Made by a program: the position numbers and the translations under genes
The notes under the pieces: model-generated
The model's input: only the letters and a program-made list of their open reading frames with translations
Database searches by the model: none
Told to the model about the DNA's origin: nothing
Assembly (NCBI RefSeq): GCF_039521425.1
Contig: NZ_BAAACI010000001.1
Span: 59,974-91,973, forward strand
Source of the DNA: Clostridium subterminale
Lineage (GTDB): Bacteria > Bacillota > Clostridia > Clostridiales > Clostridiaceae
DNA: 32,000 nt
Reading direction: 5' to 3'
Part shown: positions 17,485 to 25,562 of the stretch, one piece after another
How the letters are laid out: every line of letters begins with the position of its first letter
How positions within the stretch are numbered: the stretch's first letter is position 1

Positions 17485-18174
17485 ATGAAAAGAATTTTTG
17501 ATAGTAAGCTTTTGACCTACTATATTAAAAAGCACAATATAGAAAGTATATTTGATGGTGAAATATTAAAATATGCACAACTTCATTTCTATGAAAAAGA
17601 AGAGTATATACTAGAATCAGAGGAAAATCTTGAATATTATTACTTACTTGTAGATGGTAAAATTAAAATTTATTATCCTTTTGAAAATGGAAAATCAATG
17701 CTTTTAAAATTCTATAAAGATTTTAATACTATAGGAGATTTAGAACTTTTAAAAGATATTCCTATCCTTTGCAATATTGATGCAGTAGAAGATACTTATT
17801 TGATAGCAATACCTGCAGCTATACTTAGAGAAAAGTATTTTGATAACGTAAAGCTTTTACATCATTTAGTAAATTCTTTGAGTGAAAAACTTTATGGGAC
17901 GATTAATAATAGCTCATATAATTTTGTATATCCACTTATCAATAGATTAGCTAGTTATTTAGTTGAACAAATTACAGATGAAAATTATATAATCTTAAAT
18001 TCATCATATTTAGAAATTGCTCAATTTTTAGGGACAACATACAGACATCTAAATAGAACTTTTAAAGAAATGGAATCAAAATCAATTATAAAATGTGATG
18101 ATAAAAAAATATATATATTAGATATGAATAAACTTAGAGAATTATCTAAGAATATTTATGTAAAACCACTTTAG
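17485..18174 (+). CDS. Crp/Fnr-family transcriptional regulator
   Basis: cNMP-binding-like beta-barrel region (YYLLVDGKIKIY....G......F....IGDLELL) and a C-terminal HTH (LEIAQFLGTTYRHLNRTFKEMESKSII). The ATG at 17485 sits behind SD aggagg. Confidence 0.8.
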   Translation: MKRIFDSKLLTYYIKKHNIESIFDGEILKYAQLHFYEKEEYILESEENLEYYYLLVDGKIKIYYPFENGKSMLLKFYKDFNTIGDLELLKDIPILCNIDAVEDTYLIAIPAAILREKYFDNVKLLHHLVNSLSEKLYGTINNSSYNFVYPLINRLASYLVEQITDENYIILNSSYLEIAQFLGTTYRHLNRTFKEMESKSIIKCDDKKIYILDMNKLRELSKNIYVKPL

Positions 18175-18289
18175 AATATAAGTTGAAATAATTTTATGTA
18201 AAACAACCTCCGTTGGGGGTGTAACGGAGAACAGTATCATAAGTGATGCTCTAAATCTTTGATTTAGCTAGCAGAGTTTACTCAATTAG

Positions 18290-18490
18290 CTGAAAAACTA
18301 TGAAGAAATTCTTAGGGCGAAAGAAATTGAGACTATATTCAAAGAAGTCCATAATTTAATGGAAGAAACAAGAGAATTTTTCGAGCAATTCACTCATGAG
18401 AGAAAGTTAAAAAGTTACAATTATGATGAGTTAGCAGGATGGTATGAAGAAGCAAGATATACCTTTAGAAAGATTTTATATCGTAGATAG
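18290..18490 (+). pseudogene. Orphan 3' gene remnant with its own terminator
   Basis: 66-codon open frame (..YEEILRAKEIETIFKEVHNLMEETREFFEQFTHERKLKSYNYDELAGWYEEARYTFRKILYRR*) with no usable start or SD. The hairpin atggcttac/gtaagccat follows at ~18531-18556. Confidence 0.3.
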
Positions 18491-18676
18491 GGTGGATTTA
18501 AACGATTTATAACTGTAACTGAGTAATATAAATGGCTTACATAATGAGTGTAAGCCATATTTAAATCTATTTTCCAAGATACAACTTTAAGAGTCTACGC
18601 TATAACTATTGGGGAGAACTATACCATAAATTAATAGTAAATTTGTATAAATTAGAAAATTTAAAGATTTTCCCCC

Positions 18677-18705
18677 TTGACAAAATTTTATTCATTTACT
18701 ATATT
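18677..18705 (+). promoter_or_regulatory. Sigma-A promoter of the T-box leader
   Basis: TTGACA (18677-18682), 17-nt spacer, TATATT (18700-18705). Confidence 0.6.
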
Positions 18706-18706
18706 T

Positions 18707-18980
18707 AAAAAAAGGCAATGAAAAGAGCAGTAGTTATTTTGGAAGCTTACAGAGAGTTCTGGTTGGTGAGATGGAACAGTGGAAATTTTAACGAAACAAG
18801 TCTTGGAGCTGCATACGGATCTTATTTTGTTAATAAGTGATGCTATGACGTTTGTTCACGTTACAGAACTAAAGTATAATTTTGTACTTGACAAGGTTAG
18901 TATGGTGACATATTAACGAAATAGGGTGGCAACGCGGTATATTCGCCCCTACAGATTATTGTAGGAGGTGTTTTTTTTAC
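18707..18980 (+). promoter_or_regulatory. T-box riboswitch leader (tRNA-sensing transcription attenuator)
   Basis: K-turn/AGTA region aATGAaaagagcAGTA (18718-18732). AG bulge AGAGAG (18751-18756). Distal-loop GGTGAGA (18765-18771). T-box sequence aaatagGGTGGCAACGCGG (18919-18937). Terminator cccctaca...tgtaggaggtg plus T8 (18944-18978). Confidence 0.8.
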
Positions 18981-19026
18981 GTTTTTTTATGTGATAGCAG
19001 GAATTATATTTTAAGGAGTGTGTGCT

Positions 19027-21018
19027 ATGAAAGAGATAAAAATAGAAAGACCTATATTTCCTAAAAAAGCTGTTATAACTGCGGGTATGCCCTATGGTAA
19101 CAAAGAACTACATTTTGGCCATATAGGCGGAGTGTTTGTCCATGCTGATACTTTTGCACGATTTTTAAGAGATAGAATTGGAAATGAAAATGTTATATTT
19201 GTATCAGGAACAGATTGCTATGGCTCACCTATTTCAGCAAGCTATTTAAAACTTGTAGAAGAAGGTCAATATGAAGGCTCTATACAAGATTATGTTCGTG
19301 AAAACCATGAAAAGCAAAAAGAAGTATTAAATAAATATGAAACCAGTCTAAATTTATATGCAACCTCTGCATTAGATAGAGCTGGTGAAATACACAAAGA
19401 AGTATCAGAAGAAATATTTAATAAGCTATATGAAAATGACTATTTAGTAAAGCTATCCTCACCGCAATTTTATGATCCAGATTTTAAAGTGTTATTAAAC
19501 GGTCGACAAGTAGTTGGTAAATGTCCTATTGAAGGATGTAATTCAGATAAAGCCTATGCAGATGAATGTGCTTTGGGCCATCAATATATGCCAAATGAAT
19601 TGATTGATCCAAAGAGCGCTTTATCGGGAAAAACACCTGAATTAAGGGATGTGACAAATTGGTATTTTAAACTAGAAGAGTATAACAATACTCTGATTGA
19701 AAAAGTAAATTATTTAAGAGCTAATTCTAATTGGCGTAAAAATTTATTAAATACCATTGAAGAATTCTTAAAACCACCAGTTATTTATGTAAAACGTAAG
19801 CAATTAGAAGGTATTATAAATCTAGAAGAAAAATTACCAAAGCACACAATTATTGATGAACCAAAGAAACCTTCTGTTACTTTTGTATTTGAAAATCTGC
19901 AAGATAGAGATGCTGCAAGAGAAATATTTGATGATCTTGGAATTCGTTTTAGAACTGGTAAAACCTTAGTACCTTTTAGATTATCAGGAAATGTTGAATG
20001 GGGTATCGAAATACCTGATAAGGAAGAACTTAAAAACTTAACTTTTTGGGTTTGGCCTGAATCTCTTTGGGCACCTATTTCTTTCACTAAAACTTACCTT
20101 GAATCTATAGGTAAAAACCCTGATGAATGGACGGAGTGGTGGCATTCTGATGATGCAAAGGTATATCAATTTATTGGGGAAGACAATATCTATTTTTATG
20201 GAATTGCTGAAATGGCATTGTTTATGGCTTTAAGGGGTATTAACAGTAAGGATAAAATTCAGTGGGAGAAGATTAATCTTCCTCACTTGGTTGCAAACAA
20301 TCATCTACTATTTATGGATAGAAAGGCAAGCAGCAGCGGTACTATAAAACCACCTATGGCAGGGGAGTTATTAGAACATTATACTGCAGAGCAATTACGT
20401 ATGCATTTCCTAAGCTTAGGACTTTCCAAGAAAAGTGTTAGCTTCGCGCCACAAGCATTTATGGATGAAGAAGATAAACAAGGTCCTGATACAGTTTTAA
20501 AAGATGGTAATTTATTGACTAACGTATTTAATAGACTTGTTCGTTCTTGTTTTTATACTGCACAGAAGTATTTTGATGGTAAAATACCAGTAGGAGAAAT
20601 TAGCAATAGCATCATAGAAGAATCGAATGAAGCTATTCTCACCTATGAAAGGCATATGTATAATCACGAGTTTCATAGTGTAACTTATGTTTTAGATAGT
20701 TACATTCGTAATATGAATAAGCATTGGGTAAACAATATGAAGGTTGCAGATTCTAATGATGATAATGAGCTTCGTAAACAAATTCTAATAGACTCATTCC
20801 ATGCAATAAGAACTGCTATTACTTTAATTCATCCTATTGCACCAAGTAGCTGTGAAATGGTAAGAGAATATATGAACGCTAATGAACAACTTTGGAATTG
20901 GGATCATATATTTGAACCAATCTATGCATTTATAGGAGATACACTTACCCATAAATTGAAATATTTAGAGCCTCGTATAGATTTCTTTGAAAAGCACCAA
21001 TCACAAATTTCTTTTTAG
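19027..21018 (+). CDS. metG: Methionyl-tRNA synthetase-like class I ligase, MetRS2 (E. coli-like) type without C-terminal tRNA-binding appendage, with divergent KMSKS
   Basis: MPYGNKELHFGHIGG (PYxNGxxHxGH, HIGH-type), GTDCYGSPI, zinc knuckle GKCPIEGC...ADEC..GH, WVWPESLWAPISF, FIGEDNIYFY. The KMSKS position reads RKASSSG. The ATG at 19027 sits behind SD aaggag. Confidence 0.75.
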   Translation: MKEIKIERPIFPKKAVITAGMPYGNKELHFGHIGGVFVHADTFARFLRDRIGNENVIFVSGTDCYGSPISASYLKLVEEGQYEGSIQDYVRENHEKQKEVLNKYETSLNLYATSALDRAGEIHKEVSEEIFNKLYENDYLVKLSSPQFYDPDFKVLLNGRQVVGKCPIEGCNSDKAYADECALGHQYMPNELIDPKSALSGKTPELRDVTNWYFKLEEYNNTLIEKVNYLRANSNWRKNLLNTIEEFLKPPVIYVKRKQLEGIINLEEKLPKHTIIDEPKKPSVTFVFENLQDRDAAREIFDDLGIRFRTGKTLVPFRLSGNVEWGIEIPDKEELKNLTFWVWPESLWAPISFTKTYLESIGKNPDEWTEWWHSDDAKVYQFIGEDNIYFYGIAEMALFMALRGINSKDKIQWEKINLPHLVANNHLLFMDRKASSSGTIKPPMAGELLEHYTAEQLRMHFLSLGLSKKSVSFAPQAFMDEEDKQGPDTVLKDGNLLTNVFNRLVRSCFYTAQKYFDGKIPVGEISNSIIEESNEAILTYERHMYNHEFHSVTYVLDSYIRNMNKHWVNNMKVADSNDDNELRKQILIDSFHAIRTAITLIHPIAPSSCEMVREYMNANEQLWNWDHIFEPIYAFIGDTLTHKLKYLEPRIDFFEKHQSQISF

Positions 21019-21028
21019 AGTATATAAA

Positions 21029-21066
21029 AATACCCTCGATAGTGATATAGAGGGTATTTCTTTATT
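21029..21066 (+). terminator. Intrinsic terminator
   Basis: aataccctc (21029-21037) pairs with gagggtatt (21050-21058), followed by tctttatt. Confidence 0.65.
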
Positions 21067-21239
21067 ACTAGAAGTGTAGCGATTAGGATTTTTATATTTG
21101 AGGAATATTGATGTTATTCTGGATTACAGTTTCAAAACATATTAGAAAAAAGTCATGAAAGACTAAGAGGGATGTTAGAATATTATAACGATTGTAAAAG
21201 AATAATATTAGCTATGTAGTCACAGATTAAACTAAGAAA

Positions 21240-21295
21240 ATATTTGTTGAAACTGGTATAGATTTATTGAGCGGTAGAGAGTGAGGTGGTAAAAT
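21240..21295 (+). promoter_or_regulatory. Conserved 56-bp promoter element, copy A (upstream of the HEAT-repeat gene)
   Basis: TTGAGC (21267-21272), 17-nt spacer ending in TGg, TAAAAT (21290-21295). Ungapped 46/56 identity (hand count) to 25445-25500. Confidence 0.5.
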
Positions 21296-21345
21296 AGAAA
21301 TTGGATAAATATTAAATATATTTTATGTAATAAGGTGAAAATAAC

Positions 21346-22974
21346 ATGATTAAAAAGATTATACAAAGAATAAGAGAGTTCAATAATACTAAATCCTTAG
21401 AATCAAATAATTTGACAACTTTCAAGACAAGCAATAGTACACATACCAACAGGATCAATGAACTACTAAGTGATAATTTAGAACTATCAGCTATACCAGA
21501 TGTATTTCATTTATTACTTGGAAATAACGAAAAAGTGAAATTACAATCTGCAGAAAGTCTTAATTACGTTATGAGTACATTGAATTCTTCCCAATTAATT
21601 AAAGTCGATAAAATCTTTAGGGAAAGGGTATCTTATGAATGGAGTTACGATTGGAGAACTAAAGACCCTAAAGAGTTACTACATCCTTTAATGTCAGAAG
21701 AGGAGAAAGTTACTATATTAGGCTTAAGTAGTTTTCATCCAAATGGATATTTTAGAGAGAAGGCAATAAAGGCTCTTTCGAATATGGAAACAGGCCATGA
21801 AATACCATACCTCTTAATTAGGATTAATGATTGGGTAAGGCCTGTAAGAAACAGTTCAAAAGAGCAATTACTAAGATATTTAACCCCGGAACATACTATG
21901 AGTTTTATAAATAATTTACCTCTAGTATTAAGGTTAGGAGAATGCTCAAGGGAGGAACATGTTGATGTTATAAATGCAGTTGTTTCACTTTTATCTAGCT
22001 CAGAATCCTCGCAAAAGCTAATAAGTGGACTGCAATCACCTGATTCAAAGGTAAGGTTAGCTTGTTATAAAATAATTCTTAAAACAAGAATTTTAGATAA
22101 TAAAAGTATAATTAATTATTTAATTAAAGACACCAATTCGTACAACAGGTTATTTGTACTTAGAAATATTCAGCAAGAAATAACACCTGCTGAGTTTACT
22201 GAAGTTTCACAGTTATTGCTTCATGACAAATTTGCTCAAATTAGAATTCTAGCCCTCGAGACACTATATACATTTCAACCTGAAGGGGCTATAAATGTAT
22301 TAGAAAAAAGTTTATTTGATAGAAATCAATCAGTACGTAGTCTATCACGCTATTTACTTTCAAAGCATAAAAAGTATGATTTTGCTGCAATATATCGCGA
22401 TGCAATACAGAAAAATGAACAATTATATTCTAGCATCTGTGGCCTTGGAGAGACTGGAAACACTAGCGATTCAAAAATTATTAGTACATTTATGAGTAAT
22501 GATACTATTAAAATAGTTAAAGCATCTATAAATTCATTAGCACGATTAGATTTTCAAGAGTATGAAGAAGAACTTATTTTCATTATAAAAGATGAAAGAG
22601 TTGGCATATCCAAGGCAGCTAGAAGTGTTTTGTATAAAAAGATTGATGTTAGTGATGCAGATACCATATATGAAATTTTCAAACAAGCTATATATGATCA
22701 TGTAAAAATTAACACCTGTATTCTTTTATGTTCATTAAGTAAATGGGAGTCTATAAGGTATATTATAGAATTTTGTGCAGATAAAAATGATAGTATTTCA
22801 GCACTTGGTCAAAATGCCATAGAAAATTGGAAATTAAGATATAATTATTCCTTTACAACTCCTACTAAAAAACAAATTGAGGCAATAAGAAAGTTAATAA
22901 TGGATTATGGTAAGTCAATTAAAGATAGTGATAGGAATTTTATTGAGTTTTGTATTAGGGATTTTTGCAAATAA
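21346..22974 (+). CDS. HEAT/ARM-like repeat protein, function unknown
   Basis: 542-aa ORF with SD aaggtga. It has recurrent ~30-aa helical repeats with the HEAT-like signature (SPDSKVRLACYKIIL; HDKFAQIRILALETL; FDRNQSVRSLSRYLL; NDTIKIVKASINSLARL). I see no catalytic motif. Confidence 0.6.
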   Translation: MIKKIIQRIREFNNTKSLESNNLTTFKTSNSTHTNRINELLSDNLELSAIPDVFHLLLGNNEKVKLQSAESLNYVMSTLNSSQLIKVDKIFRERVSYEWSYDWRTKDPKELLHPLMSEEEKVTILGLSSFHPNGYFREKAIKALSNMETGHEIPYLLIRINDWVRPVRNSSKEQLLRYLTPEHTMSFINNLPLVLRLGECSREEHVDVINAVVSLLSSSESSQKLISGLQSPDSKVRLACYKIILKTRILDNKSIINYLIKDTNSYNRLFVLRNIQQEITPAEFTEVSQLLLHDKFAQIRILALETLYTFQPEGAINVLEKSLFDRNQSVRSLSRYLLSKHKKYDFAAIYRDAIQKNEQLYSSICGLGETGNTSDSKIISTFMSNDTIKIVKASINSLARLDFQEYEEELIFIIKDERVGISKAARSVLYKKIDVSDADTIYEIFKQAIYDHVKINTCILLCSLSKWESIRYIIEFCADKNDSISALGQNAIENWKLRYNYSFTTPTKKQIEAIRKLIMDYGKSIKDSDRNFIEFCIRDFCK

Positions 22975-23142
22975 AATATTAAGTTTAAAACTAAAAAATA
23001 ATTACCTTTTATTCTATTTTCAAATGGAACTAGTAAATATAAAAACAGTAGAATTTCAGTCAACGGGTTCGGTTTTAAGGTGCATATATAGTAAATATTA
23101 CATCAAATATTACATCAAATAGCATCTATTTTAACAATAGAA

Positions 23143-23185
23143 AAGCAGAAGGTTTAACACAACTTTCTGCTTATTTTTATTTTAT
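23143..23185. terminator. Intrinsic terminator between convergent genes
   Basis: aagcagaa (23143-23150) pairs with ttctgctt (23165-23172), followed by atttttatttt. Confidence 0.6.
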
Positions 23186-23247
23186 AATATTTAGTGAAAC
23201 TTAAAATTTTTGACTTCACTCAATTGGGATTTTATGAATATGTTAAA

Positions 23248-23598
23248 CTATATGTTCTTTTTCATATAATAACGTTTATGCTCCATAGGACAATCATCTA
23301 ATACACCAAAAACCTCATATCCATGTTTAATGTAAAAATCTTTTGCTTGAAAATCAAATGTATCTAAGTGAATTAATTTTTACCCTTTTTCTTTTGCAAT
23401 TTTTTCTACTTCAATTAAAAGTGCCGAACCATACCCCTCTTTTCTAAACTCATCTCTAACCCATAAAGCATCTATGTACAGGCAATTCCAGCAATATAAT
23501 ATACTATTTAGTCCTGCTAACATATCTCCATTTGACCCTTTTATAACTCTATTAATTGACATAAAAGATGGTTTTTGCGTAAAAGCAACTTTAGGTTG
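23248..23598 (-). pseudogene. GNAT-family acetyltransferase pseudogene (in-frame TAA plus missing N-terminus)
   Basis: The frame reads ...NGDMLAGLNSILYCWNCLYIDALWVRDEFRKEGYGSALLIEVEKIAKEKG*KLIHLDTFDFQAKDFYIKHGYEVFGVLDDCPMEHKRYYMKKNI*. The stop at 23380-23382 interrupts an otherwise continuous GNAT core. No SD or N-terminal ~35 aa. Confidence 0.65.
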
Positions 23599-23671
23599 TC
23601 AAATTTGTTATACTTAATTGGTAGAAGCATGATAATATTGTCAGTATACTTATACAAGAGGTGATTAAACA

Positions 23672-24352
23672 ATGAGTTTTCAAGAACAATTGCAAACACT
23701 TAGAAAAGCAAAGGGGCTATCACAAGAAAAGTTAGCTGAGGTTTTAGGGATATCAAGACAAGCGGTTGCAAAATGGGAAGTAGGGCAATCTTATCCTGAT
23801 ATAGCTAGACTAATTGCATTAAGTGATTATTTTAAAGTAAGCATTGATAAATTAGTGAATGATTATGAAGAAAATTGCTGTTTATGTATAGAAGCGCATA
23901 AAGATAATAAAATAAATGAAGATATAATTGATTTCTTATGTAGGGCTAAAAAATCTACATATGCTGGAAAGGGGCCAGAGTGTGAATCTTCAAGACCAAA
24001 TTCTCATGACTTAGAATATACAGAAGGAAACTTAAAATATATAGATACATATATAGGTGGAGAGATGTTCGCAGGAGAGGAAGCACTATGGCAAGATGAT
24101 ATTCCATTTTGGTCAATGAATTATACTGGAAGAGTTTTAGATGAAAGATTTTCAGGGAGTTTTTTGAAGGAAGTTTTGAGTTTAGTAACTAAGGAGAATC
24201 CATATAGAGGTCCTATCATTTATCAAAATGGACAGTATAAATATCATTGTATCATAAATGGAGAATTTAAGTGGTTTCAAGGACATGAGGAAATATATTT
24301 TGACCACATTAAGGTTTATGAATGTTATTTCCATGGAGGATCAGTTAAATAA
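23672..24352 (+). CDS. XRE-family HTH domain fused to a DUF5680-like C-terminal domain
   Basis: N-terminus LRKAKGLSQEKLAEVLGISRQAVAKWEVGQSYPDIARLIALSDYFKVSIDKL. The C-terminal pattern YAGKG...SRP.S.DLEY.EG...Y.D.Y.GG..F.GEE.....IP.W.MNY.G matches my memory of DUF5680. Confidence 0.65.
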   Translation: MSFQEQLQTLRKAKGLSQEKLAEVLGISRQAVAKWEVGQSYPDIARLIALSDYFKVSIDKLVNDYEENCCLCIEAHKDNKINEDIIDFLCRAKKSTYAGKGPECESSRPNSHDLEYTEGNLKYIDTYIGGEMFAGEEALWQDDIPFWSMNYTGRVLDERFSGSFLKEVLSLVTKENPYRGPIIYQNGQYKYHCIINGEFKWFQGHEEIYFDHIKVYECYFHGGSVK

Positions 24353-24383
24353 TTAAAATGAATATATGAGCGAGGAAAAGATT

Positions 24384-25253
24384 ATGAAATTAAACAGAAA
24401 TGATTTATGTTGGTGCAAAAGTGGATTGAAATATAAAAACTGTCATTTAGAATTTGATGAAAAGTTAAGCAATTTAAAAAGAAGAGGATATATAGTACCA
24501 ACTAGAAATCTTATAAAAACAAAAGAGCAAATTGAAGGAATAAAAAAGAGTGCTGAGATTAATAATGGTCTTCTAGATTTAATTAGTGAAAACATTAAGG
24601 AAGGCATGACAACAGAGGAAATAAATAAATTGGCACATGACTATACAGTATCTAAAGGTGGAATTCCAGCCACTCTTAATTATGATGGATTTCCTAAAAG
24701 TATTTGTGTATCAATAAATAATGAGGTATGTCATGGAATACCTAGTAAAGATGTAATTCTTAAGAATGGTGATATTGTAAATGTTGATGCAACAACTATA
24801 CTTAATGGATATTATTCAGATGCATCAAGGATGTTTATGATTGGTGAAGTAGATGAAGAAGCTAAGAAATTGGTTGAAGTAACTAAAGAATGTTTGAATA
24901 AAGGCTTAGAAGCAGTTAAACCTTGGGGATTCTTAGGAGATATTGGAGCTGTAATTCAGGAATATGCAGAAAGTAATGGTTATTCAGTAGTTAGAGAATT
25001 CGGTGGACATGGAGTAGGCTTAGATATTCATGAAGAACCATTTGTTTCTCATTTGGGAAAAAGAGGAATAGGTATGGTTTTAGTACCTGGTATGGTATTT
25101 ACCATTGAACCAATGATAAATGCTGGAAGCAATGAAATATTTATAGATGAAGATGACGGGTGGACTGTTTTTACTGATGATGATTCTCTTTCAGCACAAT
25201 GGGAGCACACAATTCTTGTAACTGAAGATGGTATAGAAATAATTTCGAGATAA
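24384..25253 (+). CDS. map: Type I methionine aminopeptidase with N-terminal SEC-C zinc-binding motif
   Basis: SEC-C motif CWCKSGLKYKNCH. The MetAP metal ligands sit in typical context (VNVDAT..LNGYYSDASRMF; GHGVGLDIHE; FTIEPM; QWEHT). The ATG at 24384 sits behind gagga. Confidence 0.9.
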   Translation: MKLNRNDLCWCKSGLKYKNCHLEFDEKLSNLKRRGYIVPTRNLIKTKEQIEGIKKSAEINNGLLDLISENIKEGMTTEEINKLAHDYTVSKGGIPATLNYDGFPKSICVSINNEVCHGIPSKDVILKNGDIVNVDATTILNGYYSDASRMFMIGEVDEEAKKLVEVTKECLNKGLEAVKPWGFLGDIGAVIQEYAESNGYSVVREFGGHGVGLDIHEEPFVSHLGKRGIGMVLVPGMVFTIEPMINAGSNEIFIDEDDGWTVFTDDDSLSAQWEHTILVTEDGIEIISR

Positions 25254-25385
25254 AGTGTGTGTTAAAGAACAATGTGAAATATTATATATTGTAATGTACT
25301 TGGTATATTGATTTGCAGGAGTGATAAAATAGAAGTTACTATAAGATATGCACTATATAATGAATGAAATTAATCCATATAAGGA

Positions 25386-25418
25386 AGCAGTAGAATTTTA
25401 GTATTCTGCTGTTTTTTT
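25386..25418 (+). terminator. Intrinsic terminator
   Basis: agcag..gaat / attctgct imperfect stem followed by gttttttt. Confidence 0.55.
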
Positions 25419-25444
25419 ATGTAATTATACATTAATCAAAGGAA

Positions 25445-25500
25445 ATATTTGTTGAATATGGTATATATTTATTGAGGGATAAAGATTAGGGTGGTACAAT
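25445..25500 (+). promoter_or_regulatory. Conserved 56-bp promoter element, copy B (upstream of the McrB-like gene)
   Basis: TTGAGG (25472-25477), 17-nt spacer ending in TGg, TACAAT (25495-25500). The upstream block atatttgttgaa..tggtata.atttattgag is shared with 21240-21295. Confidence 0.5.
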
Positions 25501-25562
25501 AAGGGTATTATTAAGTCTTATACATTTATAAACAAGAGTATTAATACATAAAGGAGAGAATT

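Noticed and set aside
18771-18773. ATG in the T-box leader as the expected Met specifier codon
   Set aside because: It lies inside the conserved distal-loop sequence GGUGAGAUGG of Stem I, not on the 3' side of the specifier loop. Other ATGs at ~18838-18846 fall after the K-turn closing segment in my fold. The specifier assignment is left open (see the finding).
12121-20087. Antisense ORFs 12121-12360, 14218-14418, 16409-16636, 16679-16885 and 19785-20087
   Set aside because: Each lies wholly inside a confidently assigned gene on the other strand (permease, kinase, YjjG-like HAD, MetRS-like). No SD and no recognisable motifs.
21133-21180. 15-codon mini-ORF (MLFWITVSKHIRKKS) with a reasonable SD (gagga) upstream of the HEAT-repeat gene promoter
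   Set aside because: Too short to evaluate, with no conservation evidence available. It lies upstream of, not within, the predicted transcript of the HEAT gene.
22907-23122. 71-aa ORF overlapping the 3' end of the HEAT-repeat gene and running into the intergenic region
   Set aside because: It overlaps the end of a better gene in another frame and has no SD. Its tail is generated by a 12-bp tandem duplication (aaatattacatc x2, 23093-23116) in non-coding DNA.
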